DNA of 63,950 nt, counting the filler, from Octopus bimaculoides (taxonomy: Eukaryota), in NCBI RefSeq assembly GCF_001194135.2. It is 8 parts of 7 records of this genome, joined end to end, with 100 filler letters (N's around TTAATTAATTAA, not from the genome) between each part and the next. Parts side by side here need not be neighbours in the genome. Positions count along the whole stretch, not along the records: positions 35,358 to 57,681 come from NC_069004.1; 7 more parts are not named here. The stretch is one strand, 5' to 3'. Positions 39,624-51,675 of this stretch are shown here, one piece after another (the first letter of the stretch is position 1; every line of letters starts with the position of its first letter). The notes under the pieces were generated by a model. That model ran no database searches, was not told the origin of the DNA, and was given only the letters and a program-made list of their open reading frames with translations. Position numbers and translations under genes: made by a program.

Positions 39624-42600
39624 TCATCATCATCGTCATTATCATCGTTTACCGTCCGCTTTCCATGCTAGCATGGGTTGGACAATTTGACTGAGAACTG
39701 GCGAACCAGATGGCTGCACCAGGCTCCAATGTAATCTGGCAGAGTTTCTACAGCTGGATGCCCTTCCTAAAGCCAACCACTCCGAGAGTGTAGTGGATAC
39801 TTTTACATGCCACGGGCACGAGGGCCAGTCAGGTGGTACTGGCAATGGCCACGCTCAAGTGGTATCTTTTATGTGCCACCTGTACAGGAGCCAGTCTAGT
39901 AGGACTGGCAGTGACCGCGCTCAAATGTTTTTTCACATGCCACTGGCAAAAGTGCCAGTAAGGTGACGCTGGTAACAATCATGCATGAATGGTGCTTTTT
40001 ACGTGGCACTGGCAGCGATCACGCTCGGATGGTGCTCTTAGCGCTCCACTGGCACGGGTGCCAGTCATTGAATTTGATTTGATTTCGATTTCACTTGCCT
40101 CAACAAGTCTTCGCAAGCAGAGTTTAGTGTCGAATGAAGGAAAGGTACACATAAGTGGGCTGGTTACACTCCTGGCATAGGCTATTGGTTATGNNNNNNN
40201 NNNNNNNNNNNNNNNNNNNNNNNNNNNNNNNNNNNNNNNNNNNNNNNNNNNNNNNNNNNNNNNNNNNNNNNNNNNNNNNNNNNNNNNNNNNNNNNNNNNN
40301 NNNNNNNNNNNNNNNNNNNNNNNNNNNNNNNNNNNNNNNNNNNNNNNNNNNNNNNNNNNNNNNNNNNNNNNNNNNNNNNNNNNNNNNNNNNNNNNNNNNN
40401 NNNNNNNNNNNNNNNNNNNNNNNNNNNNNNNNNNNNNNNNNNNNNNNNNNNNNNNNNNNNNNNNNNNNNNNNNNNNNNNNNNNNNNNNNNNNNNNNNNNN
40501 NNNNNNNNNNNNNNNNNNNNNNNNNNNNNNNNNNNNNNNNNNNNNNNNNNNNNNNNNNNNNNNNNNNNNNNNNNNNNNNNNNNNNNNNNNNNNNNNNNNN
40601 NNNNNNNNNNNNNNNNNNNNNNNNNNNNNNNNNNNNNNNNNNNNNNNNNNNNNNNNNNNNNNNNNNNNNNNNNNNNNNNNNNNNNNNNNNNNNNNNNNNN
40701 NNNNNNNNNNNNNNNNNNNNNNNNNNNNNNNNNNNNNNNNNNNNNNNNNNNNNNNNNNNNNNNNNAGAGGCTCTCTGAACTTTGCCCAGGCTATTCTTAT
40801 TCTAGCAGCTACACTTTCAGTGCACCCTCTGCTGCTACTGACTTGGTCACCTCGGTAACAGAAGCTATCAACCACTTATAGTTTTTCTCCCTGGAATGTA
40901 GCGGAAGTTTTTTTCTGCACATTTTCAGTGTTTATAGCTCCTGAATATCTGCCACATACAAAACTATCTTCCCAGTTAGCCTTCCTTTGATATTACTGCA
41001 CCTCTTATGTGTCCATAGCTTACACTCGGTACATCTTATAGAGTTTCTATCTACGCCTTTTCTACAGATTGAGCAGGGCCATCTACCTGAAGTGATTTGT
41101 GGTTTGTCTACCTTCCAATTTATTAGGACTTTGCTACGTTGACTCTAAGGCCCTTCGATTCTAATCCTTGCTTCCACACCTGAAACTTCTCTAGTTCTGA
41201 TAGTGACTCACTCAGTAATTAGAGCAAGGAACTATACGGGTGACTAGGCTATAGCCGACACTGCCAGATATTTTGAGCATCTCTGCAGTGATTCCTGATG
41301 TATATGTATATACACACACAGTGGGAGTCTTTCCCTGTCTTCATACTTTTAATTGCTTTATCTACCAAGGTACTGTCAACTCGGATAGCTGGTCTCTCTG
41401 TTGGATCGACATTCAGCAGACTCTCTTTTTCCCATTCATTTTCTTTATTGAGTAACTTTTCATAGTGGCGTCTCCAAACCTCTCCCTTTGCAGTCTTGTT
41501 TAGTGCAAGTGAACCATCATCCAAGCAGACACATTTCTCTCATATGACATCAAGATTCTCTCTCACACACTGTCTTGCAACACAAAATACCTCAAGTCTT
41601 TGGTCGTCACGGCACAGAACATTAGCAAATTTTTTCTTATCTGCTTCCCCTCTGGCTAAATAAACCTGTCCCCTAGCTTCCTTTCTGGCAATCTGATACA
41701 ATTCCCTGCTTCCACCATTCCTCCAGTTCTTCCAAACCTGTTTCGTTTCTCTAATAGCCCTGTCAACAACATTGTTCCACCACCACGTTATTTTGTGTTG
41801 AGAGGTGACTTTGCACCATCCATAGATCTGGTCAGTGGCCCTCAGCAGGTTGTCCTGTAGAAACCTCCAGTTGTCTTCTACATCATGTGAAGCTATATCC
41901 CCTTCTGTTTTGTCAAAGGCTTTGAGTAATACATCTCTAAATCTCTGTCCATTCACAGGATCTTTAAGCTTCCAGACCCTTCTCCTCCATGCTGGTCATC
42001 TTCTGAGCATCCATTTAGCCCTGATCCTGAAATCGCTAACTACCAGTCTAGGTTGTGGAGTACATTCTTCGCCGGGGAAGGTTTTGGCATTTATAAGCAG
42101 CCATCTTTCCCTTTTGCTGGCGAGGATGTAGTCAATTTGGCTACTGTGACTAGTTGACTGGCAGGTTTACTGAAGTTAGTATTGCAAACCATAAGATCAT
42201 TTGCATCACAGAACTCCAGCAGCCTCATTCCCTCCTCATTGCGGGAACCAAAAGCGTAGCCTCCAGGTACGCCCTGAAAGCCCCCTGTATGTTGTCCAAT
42301 ATGTCCATTGAAGTCACCAGCCACAAAGAGAAGGTCCCTATCATTCGTCAACGAGGTAGTCTGCAAGAGGGTATCATAAAATTGGTCTTTCTGTCCATGA
42401 GGTAGCCCTGGCTGGTGGGGCATAGGCTGAGATAATGGTTGCTAACCCATGATGAAGCGCTAATCTAATCTTAAATATTTTGTCACATACTCTGACTACC
42501 TCGATTACCTTATCAACCCATTTCTCCGCAAGAAGTATACCCCCGACCCTGTCAGTGTTCCCTGCCCAGAAAATCTTGTACCTGTGTTCTTTGCCTGTGA

Positions 42601-42790
42601 GGAACCTAGCGGAACCTCCTCTCCACCTTACTTCTTGGAAGCAGCACATATCGACACATCTCCATTTAAGCATCTCAACAATCTCACACGACCTACCTTT
42701 CAGTGTGCCGTCATTGAGAGTGCCAACCCTGAGGGTGTGGGAGGTGTGGGTCCGTGAGACCCTTGGGCAGGGGACAGCAGTGTCGTACCT
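39624..42790 (-). mobile_element. RTE-clade LINE, degenerate, with internal deletion of the RT core; (GAT)n tail
   Basis: APE endonuclease motifs (LRVGTLN, FQEVRW, SAYAP, GDFNGH, RNEEG..LLEFC), WRRHYEKLLN and KAIKSMKTGK linker, GITAEMLK, V.DSFCYRGD; frameshifts and stops; tail at about 39624-39648. Confidence 0.92.
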
Positions 42791-43090
42791 GAAAAGAAAG
42801 CTTACATTTGGCAGAATTCATAAACGAACAATAGCCTTCAATTCAACCTGCATACACTACACCATCATATTTTTGCACTATATGATCACTATCTTACATA
42901 GGAGATAAACCCTAATTAGGAGTGGGGATGGTGTAAAGCCTTTAGAAGTGTTCATGGGAGACAACCAAAGGATGACAGAGAATAGGGACTTCCAGTACAG
43001 GTGGGAGTACCATGAACTAGCAAATTTAGATGAGAGCATCTTCTGGATATGTATGCTTTCGACGGAGGTATTAGAAAAAAATCAATTTGG

Positions 43091-43848
43091 AGAATCCGAG
43101 TGCGTGCGCTAGTCTATATAGGGTGGTTGTGGTGGTGAAGGAAGTCTTGGCGAAGTGAGTGGTAATTGAAAGAGAGAGAGAGACAGAGTGAAGCAGAGAG
43201 AGAGGGGGTAGTGGTCAGAACACAAGGGAGAAAAATATTCTTTTGAGATTTGGGTAGCATAATTTAACGAAACAGCAAATGTCGATAATAGTAAAATAGA
43301 ATTGAAAAATCTGAGTGTTTTTGATCAGCTAATCTAAGACAAAATTAGAGAAAGAAGTGACTGTGATAAATGAATGGATACGTTGCGGTTAAGGAAATGC
43401 GTGAACTAAGGTTATCTTAAGGCAACAACGAGGAAGACGAAAGTATTAAAACTATATTTACATGTTAACATGGTAATGAAATAGACAGAATAATGAAAAG
43501 AACTAATAAGGGGTTTATGATCTGTGTGGAAATAGAAGAGTAGATGAACGAGGTTGAAAAGACAAAACCTCTTATCTGAGCATCTTCTGAGATTCGTATT
43601 TTTCGGCAGAGGTATTAAAATCATGTAGGGGAATCTGAGTGCGTGCGCTAGTTTATATAGGGTATTGGTGGTGGTGGTGGAGGAAGTCTTGGTGAAGCGA
43701 GTGGTAATTGAAAGAGAAACAGACAGACACAGTGAAGCCGAGAGAGAGACAGACAGACAGAGTGAGGCCAAGAGAGAGACAGATGAGGCAGAGAGAGAGG
43801 CAGGTAGTGGTCAGAACACAAGGGAGAAAAATATTCTTTTGGGATTTG
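43091..43848 (+). repeat. Direct repeat pair (about 43091-43253 and 43630-43848)
   Basis: GAATC.GAGTGCGTGCGCTAGT.TATATAGGGT ... GTAGTGGTCAGAACACAAGGGAGAAAAATATTCTTTTG.GATTTG occurs twice; the copies differ in internal AG repeat length. Confidence 0.85.
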
Positions 43849-44116
43849 TGTATGTCAGTTTATCACAACTTCAACAAGAATAAAATATCAATAAAAATCA
43901 TCCCGTAATCAGAATAATTGGAGAACAGTTTAGGAGAGGAATGATATATTCAATGAAAAAGTTGTATTGAGTTAGAACAGGGATATTGCAAAAGTTTTAA
44001 ATAAAAACTCTACAAAATTGACAGTGCAGTTGTTGAAACAATACTGAGAAAAATACCAAGCAGGGAATTCTCTGGCCTGGATCTTATCTAAAAATCTCAA
44101 CTTCTATTGATGAGAT

Positions 44117-44344
44117 TTAACCTTTTAATATTCAAATTATTCTATCTAATGTAATGCTTATTTATTCCTACTGTTTTGAATTAATCATGTATTATCTTAT
44201 AACTTTGAGATTTCAGTGATATAACTATTTATTTTTAGAATTACATTTTAAAGTGGGTGTGAGAGGTTGGAGCTGGCCACTTTGAACATAAAGCAGGTAG
44301 AATATTTGAGCTGGATATGGCCAGTTTAAATGCTAAAGGGTTAA
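44117..44344. mobile_element. piggyBac-type MITE, copy 2 (inverted)
   Basis: TTAA|CCTTTTAATATTC ... AAATGCTAAAGGG|TTAA. Confidence 0.7.
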
Positions 44345-44419
44345 TAAGACTATTTTGAGAAGAGTATCAAGGGCACATTAAACACACCTGTCAACAACCA
44401 TCGTCCTTCTCATCTCCTA

Positions 44420-44860
44420 AAATAACCAAACCACCAAAGCTAGAAAGTTACTACTCAATAGCCTATCAAAATATCATGTATAAGATGTACACTGGCTGCC
44501 TCAACTTGTTTTTCCAGGACCATTGTATCACAAACAATACTGTAATCCCAGAACAATCTTGAGGGGAAAAAAGAAGTGTAGGTGATGTATTGAGCACCTA
44601 CTGAGTTAATGAAATAATACCAGAAAGAGCACTAAAGAATTGCAGAAGTTTGGCTGCAGTATGGCAGTCAAAAGCCTTTGATAGTATATCACATGAATGG
44701 ATTATCATGGCACTGCAATTAACCAAAATATCACCATCTCTAGTAGCTGTAATCCATCCTCAAAACTAGTAAGGTACTTCTTAGAGGCAACAATTAAGAC
44801 ACTGAATCTGATGCTATACACTACGAAAAAGACATCCTTCAGGGTGAGAGCTTGACAGTA
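44420..44860 (+). mobile_element. R4/Dong-like RT fragment, heavily decayed
   Basis: Mosaic frames give I(A)CQNIMYKMYTGCLN..HC..N.VIPEQ, GKK...LL.NEI, KAFDSISHEWII, typical of RT subdomains 1-3 of R4-clade elements. Confidence 0.6.
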
Positions 44861-45019
44861 CATAATGTATAAATGAACCTGAAAAGATAGTGCATGGGTA
44901 CTTGGCACAAAAGACATAAACCATTTGTAAGGAGTTTTTACTTTTTTATTCTTATAAAGACCCAAACAAGGTGAAAAGTCACTTTGTGTAAGGGATTATG
45001 AAGAAGGAGAAATTAATAT

Positions 45020-45430
45020 GAAAGGAATGAATTTAGTTTCGACTTGAAAACAATGAGATGGAAGAGAGTTCCAAAGTCTGACAGTTTGAGGAAAAAGCTA
45101 CAACCATAGAAAGCCTGCATTGTTCATGGAGCACAACAGCATTTGGATGAAGATGCTGTGAGTTTTGAGTCAGGCGAGATGGCACAAAGTGATCTGGAGC
45201 TAAGAGAGGAAGTTCATCAGAGTACTTCCTGTGTGGTAGTAGCAATAGGAAAGACTAAGACTGGTGATGTCAGGTTGATGTGACAAGGGTTGCAGAGTTG
45301 AAGCAAGAGAGAAACCAATCAAATTAGAGACTCATTTCTGAACCTGATCAAGATGGTGCAACAAGGTACATACCAGTTTGTCTGCAGCAAAGTATGGCTG
45401 AACTTGGGTTCTTGGAGAGATAACACAATT
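45020..45430 (-). mobile_element. CR1-group LINE 3' fragment
   Basis: Minus-strand mosaic SDEL..LAPDHFVPSRLTQNSQHLHPNAV and FPQTVRLWNSLPSHCF, the typical CR1/L2-group ORF2 C-terminus. Confidence 0.6.
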
Positions 45431-45869
45431 CCTTTGTTCATACACTACAAATGATCACAATATCTGAGACTATAAAAATCTGTATGACTTTTTAAGATTT
45501 AAAGGATAATGAACAAAACAAGATACTCACATTCACAACCTTGGTACCATGCAGTTGATGGTCAAAATTAACTCTAAATTGACCTTTATCATGCTTAGGT
45601 GCATTGTGTCACTGTATGAGTTTTCTCTCCTGCAGCTGCAGGCACATTGTGTGACATTGAGAGGGAGAAAATTTCTACAGCAACATGATGTACCTACAGC
45701 ATGCTAAAGGTTAAAAAGAGAAAGAAGACATACATACAATTTTATTTTGATTAAGTCAATCTCTTGCTACTCTTAGATTTCACCTGTGGATGCACAAAAT
45801 CTTGAAGCACGTTATGACAAAGATTTAAAAAGAAAACATTGCCATGTGCAATGAAATATCTGCTGATAT

Positions 45870-48800
45870 GAGTGAAAAAAGAAAGCAAAAGGACTCATGA
45901 GCAGTTTCTGAAGAACCTATATGGGGTTACTAAGAAGCTGTTCACTGAACCAAAAAGTGGTACTTTATTGTGTACAAAAGAACTGAAAGCTCATATCAAA
46001 GAAACTTACAGTGATCTAAATCATAACCAGCCACAGCCATCTGTCAATGGCACAAAGTGACATCAGGGAGAAAGAGATGAATGGATTNNNNNNNNNNNNN
46101 NNNNNNNNNNNNNNNNNNNNNNNNNNNNNNNNNNNNNNNNNNNNNNNNNNNNNNNNNNNNNNNNNNNNNNNNNNNNNNNNNNNNNNNNNNNNNNNNNNNN
46201 NNNNNNNNNNNNNNNNNNNNNNNNNNNNNNNNNNNNNNNNNNNNNNNNNNNNNNNNNNNNNNNNNNNNNNNNNNNNNNNNNNNNNNNNNNNNNNNNNNNN
46301 NNNNNNNNNNNNNNNNNNNNNNNNNNNNNNNNNNNNNNNNNNNNNNNNNNNNNNNNNNNNNNNNNNNNNNNNNNNNNNNNNNNNNNNNNNNNNNNNNNNN
46401 NNNNNNNNNNNNNNNNNNNNNNNNNNNNNNNNNNAGCCATCTGTCAATGGCACAAAGTGACATCAGGGAGAAAGAGATGAATGGATTTGTGAGAAAAGCC
46501 AGAGCAAAGAGTGCCCCAGAAGGTGATGGTGTCTCATATAAAGTGTATAAATACTGCAATCATCTATGAAAGAAGCTCTTTGTTTTGCTCTGACAGCTTT
46601 GGTGTAAAGAGAGGATTGGTGTAAGGCAGAAGGCATATACCTGCCAAAAGAAGCCAATGCAGAGACAATAAAATAGTTTAGGTCAATATCCTTATTGAAT
46701 GTGGATGGCAAGATCTTAATGGGAATTCTCTGAAGAAGAACAGTGACATATCTGCAAAGCAATGGATATGTTGATGAATTTGTTCAAAAGGCCAGAATCC
46801 TTGGAATCCCTGGATGCGTTGAACATTGTTTTTCGATTTGGAAAGCAATCCAGGATGCTAAACAGAACAAGGTAAGTTTGAATGTGGTATGGCTTATCTA
46901 GTTAATGCATATGGTTCAGTGCCACATGAATTACTGCTGAGAGCCATGAACCACATTCCAGAGAAAGTAACAACACTAATGAGGGTATATTATGACAGTT
47001 TTGAGATGAAGTTTACAGCTGGAAAATTTACAACAGTTGACACCAATTGGAGATTGGTATTGCTGCTGGCTGCACAATATCTGTCATGGGGTTTATCCTA
47101 GTCATGGAGATGATTTTTAAAGCTGCAGACTTTTTGGAGCAAATGGCCTACGTACAATCACCTAAGAAGGCCTTCATGGATGATGTGACTCTTCTGTTGA
47201 CAGACAAACAATTCAAGCAGAGTTCCCTCTTGATGCTAGATGAGCTGATAAAGTGGTCAAGGATGTGATTCAGAGCAAAAAGTTGCATTGTCTGACATTT
47301 ATTAATGGAATGCAGAAAGAAGTTAAGTTTAAAATAGCAGGAGAAAGCATTCCAACAGTCAAGGAAGAATGTGTTAGGAGCTTAGGGTGTGTATATGCTG
47401 GAACATTGTCAGATAGGAGTCATGGAATGTAAATTATGAAACAAACCAAGAATGGACTAACAGCAATTAATGGATCAAAGTTACCAGGTAAATATAAAAT
47501 ATGGTGCTTACAGTTTGGCTTGTATCTGTGCCTTACATGGCCACTTTTAACATACGAGGTGGCATTGTCGTGAGTTCAAATCTTTGAGCAAAAGTGTAAA
47601 GTGTTCATTAGAAAGTGATTAGTCCTACCTCGAATATTGAGCAGCTCAGCTCTCTATCGTAAAAGAAGGTCATTACAGTTACCACTGGCATCAATAGTTG
47701 AAATTTATAAAGTAGGGAAGGTTCAAATGCTAACGATGCTGAGAGAGTTGAAGGATATAGAAATCAGGTGTCAATAGTCAAAGTTTATAAAGAATGGTGA
47801 TGATGCTGAGAGTCGAAGGATATAGAAATCAGATGTAATCCACCAGATGTAAAAACTGCCAGGAAGTGGAAAGCAGAAGCAGAGACTGATTACATCCTGT
47901 CTTCACTTAAACACTGAAATATGGTGGGTGCAATGCAAATTCCTCAAAAAGGGCTTAGATTTGGCACAAATTGGTTCAGACCATTTGCAAGCATGTTGCT
48001 GAACGAACGCAGATCTGTTGTGAGCAACAGTGTCAACATGTGAGAAACAGAGAGAAGAGAGCTTCATTTGATTCAATGCTCTAAACAAGGACAAATGATG
48101 AAATGGGAGGAACACGTTGTTGAAAGAAAAATAAGTTGGAATGAAATATGGAAGTGGACTACATCATGTCTAAGTTTTCTGATTTGTTCATCATATGATG
48201 TCTTGCCTACAAACCTAGTAATATGGAATGTATCAGAAAAAGATATATGCAGATGTGGAAAAGTCAGAACACTGGAACATATTCTTTTCAGCTGTTCACT
48301 GGCATGAATAGATATACATGGAGACACAACCTAGTCCTTAAGGTTATTTTCAATTCTATAAAGAACCGAATTACTCTCATCAAAAGTGGCAAAAAACCAC
48401 TGAAAGAACCAACCAGAGATTTCATTACTTCCATGCGCTCAGGACAGCAGATCCATTTGAAGAAGAAGAAACTTCCTGTGAGTGACGAAAAGTGGAATGG
48501 CTATTGGGAGGTGGCTGCAGATTTACCAACGATTCTTTCCTATTCCAGCTACAAAGAAACCGGATATCATAATATGGTGTGAAAGAAAGAGAGTGGTAAA
48601 TCTGGTTGAGTTAATGGTTCCTCATGAAGATAACATGGATGCCACTTGGGCTTGAAAGATTGACGATTATAAAAACCTCCTCGAGGAATGTGAAGATGCA
48701 AGTTGGAAAACAGAGCATTTTCCAGTCAAAGTCGGATGGAGAGGATTCATTGGACGCAGTGTGAGACGACTGTTGTTATCGTTAGGCCTAACTCACAGTA

Positions 48801-49090
48801 AAGCAAATACCACCATGAGTGATATCCAAGCTACATTTGAAAAGGCAAGCCATGGGATTTGGTTAAAAAGAGACAGTGAGCAATGGTTTGAAGAATATTG
48901 AGCAAAACCTGATAACCAGTTAATCTAGCAAGTGAGGCCTCATTTCAGTGAGGAAGGGGTTGCACGATGATGCCATTAAGAGGTAGGCCCCAAACCGGCA
49001 CGCATTATCTCCTGATAACCCCATAAACTTGCTAGCATCCGCTATGTGGAGTTTTCAACTGGTAGCACTTGCAAAAATCTGATATATAAA
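45870..49090 (+). mobile_element. HERO-like restriction-like-endonuclease non-LTR retrotransposon, degenerate
   Basis: RT motifs FRSISLLNVDGKI, NAYGSVPH, GIAAGCTIS, AFMDD (47170-47184); zinc knuckle CRCG...EHILFSC; RYTWRHN; PDI (48560) and ELMVPHE endonuclease motifs; many stops and frameshifts. Clade call is from motif recall. Confidence 0.85.
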
Positions 49091-50711
49091 ATTGTGAATG
49101 TGTGTCTGTCTGTGTGTCTATGTGTGCATCACTAAAACTCAGAAACTACCCTGGAGAGAGGAGTTTCAGAAAATTCACATGATCTGACATTTTTATCTCA
49201 TAACTTTCAAGAAAATGTGTATCTTTTAATGAAAATTTATACAAATCCCTTTCAAACAGCATAGATTACAATTATAAAGAAATTTGTGGGGAAAACTTTT
49301 TTCCCATTTTTCTAAACCAGAGCTTTTGAAATGATGGGAGTTGTGGTGGTGATGGTGGGGGGCATCTTTGTATGTAAAAGTTTTGAAAATTCTTTTTATT
49401 TACTCTTCTCCCTCATCATCCCACTTCAGACCTATTTTGGCCAATTTTTTTGCAGTTCAAAACCATGGGAAGAGCATTTTCGGTAAAAAATTTTTTAAAA
49501 AATTGTTAGTATTTTCAGAGGGAAAAGTGATTTAAGGGCAATTTGGCTGTTGTTTCTAGCACATCCAAAGACAACCCTCCTCGTTTCTTTATCACTCTTG
49601 CATTTATTGATGTTTTTCAATATTTTTTCCCCATAAATACATTTATACGCTATAAAAAAAGAAAATTTGAGAAATTATGGGTTTTTTGCAACCACATTCC
49701 CTGCCCCTAATTGTTTCTGTTTAGAAATGAAAATATTGGAGAGCCTGAGAAGGTCATTGCTGGCATTTATCCACAGTGATGAAAAAAAATTACGGAGATG
49801 TACTTGCATAGCAAGTGACTTGATTTGAGATCATGTGCTGAAACAAAAACAATTGCAGCATGGGAGATGTCTGTAAACTATTCAAAAACACAAATTCCAT
49901 TAGTTTCACTTCAACATTAAAACTTCATTTGTGTCAAAATATTTTCGTTGCTTTGAAACTGTGACCTGTTCACTGACAAAACTTCACAAAAGTGATACAG
50001 CATGAAGTTTTGTCAGTGAGCAACACACACACACACACACACACATTCATTGCCTTTCATTTGTATGTATGTGTATCTGTGTGTGTGTGCGAGTGTGTAT
50101 CGGTGTGTGTGTCACTGTTGTGTTTGGAAACTGCAAATAAGGTGCAAGTTTTGAGTATATGTCAGTAACTTTTTGTGTTTTTTCTCTTCGTCTTCTAATA
50201 GTAATTACCCAACTTTCTTCTTACAGCTATCCCATGTTCAAAAATTATATGTGTATTTAAAAAAATTTTCATTCAATAAATAATGTTTTTACTGACATAT
50301 ACATTAACAGTGAATTAAAACTTAAAAGAGAAAGTGAGAGACTTTGCAAATGAAAATGGAATACTCTGCAGTGAATGCAATGAATATTTAAATTTGTGAT
50401 GAATTGGATACAGTGAATAATTAAATTTGCAAGAAATTGGAGTTTAAAAAATTCAATAAACTTAAGAAATCAAAATTATAGGAAATTTCTTAGAACATGA
50501 ATTTATAAAAATATTTCCAGACAGTCAACCCTTTAATAATTGCTTTTTTTTAGTACTTTTAGTAATTGTTACATACCTAATTAATAAGCAGCTTTCTCCA
50601 TTATAGTATAGATTTCACCTTGTTTTCTAAAGAGTTTATTTAAAATTAGACAAAAATATCATTGGACAAAAAGATGTCAGATGAAAAGACATCGCACCAT
50701 ATATATATATA

Positions 50712-51600
50712 CGAGGTCTGTTCAATAAGTATCTGAACTGTTGCCATAGCAATGAAGCTAAAGCACACAGAGTGAAGCCACTTGGCACAGATTAACCTTG
50801 AACTCCATTGTGCATGCGCACTAAGTTTAACATTCTAGATCAATTCCACTGTTTACAGCAGTGCTTGGAAGGAACATGTGTAGCATGTAATCATCGCATT
50901 GACCATAACAGAGAAAGTAGTCATGGCGATACCTGCTCAGAGGCCTATGCAAGGTTGCAGAAAGTGTATGTAGAGGAGTGTATGAGCCGCACACAAGTGT
51001 GCAAGTGTTTCAGATGTTTCCAAGTTAGCCTAAAAATTGTTGATATTGATGAAGTTCTAGGAGACCTGCTACCAGCAGAACTGAGAAAAACATTGCAAAT
51101 GTGCATGTAGCTGAGGGGAAATCGTCGAATCACCATCTGTGAGCTATCAGAGAATGTGCAGATCAGTTACAGTTCAGTTCAATCCATTATCACTAAAGAT
51201 TTGGGTATGAGATGTGTGTCTGCCAAGTTTGTGCCAAAACTGTTTTCAGCTGACCAAAAAGACACTCGGGTTTCAGTTGCACAAGATCTCCTTGATTGTA
51301 TTCAGAATGATAAAAACTTTTTGAAAACTACGTAGGCCTCTGAGCAGCTATCGCCTAGCTTTTGGCAAAATTTGATGCAGATTCTCTGCTCAGATTTCTC
51401 TGCCATGATCGATGCAATGATCACACACTACACACATTCCTTCCATGCACTGCTGTAAACAGCGGAAGTAAGCTAGAATGTTAAAACTTAGTGCACTTGC
51501 ATAGCAGAGTTCAAGGTCAATCTGTGCCAAACAGCTTAACTCTGTGTGCTTTAGTTTTGTTACCATGGCAGCAGTCCAGATACTTATTGATCAGACCATA
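50712..51600 (+). mobile_element. Non-autonomous mariner with about 200-bp inverted ends and transposase DNA-binding-domain remnant
   Basis: TA|CGAGGTCTGTTCAATAAGTATC ... GATACTTATTGATCAGACCATA|TA; interior gives EAYARLQKVY..CMSRTQV, RRITICELSENVQISYSSVQSII..DLGMRCVSAKFVPKL; no DDD catalytic region seen. Confidence 0.88.
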
Positions 51601-51675
51601 TATATATTATATATTTCATCTTTTTGTCTCCCTGTCTGTGTATGAATAAAAAATTTATTTATTATTCCATTTCAG

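Noticed and set aside
46029-46487. About 53-bp direct duplication either side of an N gap in the HERO element
   Set aside because: Identical sequence at facing contig ends indicates overlapping contigs.
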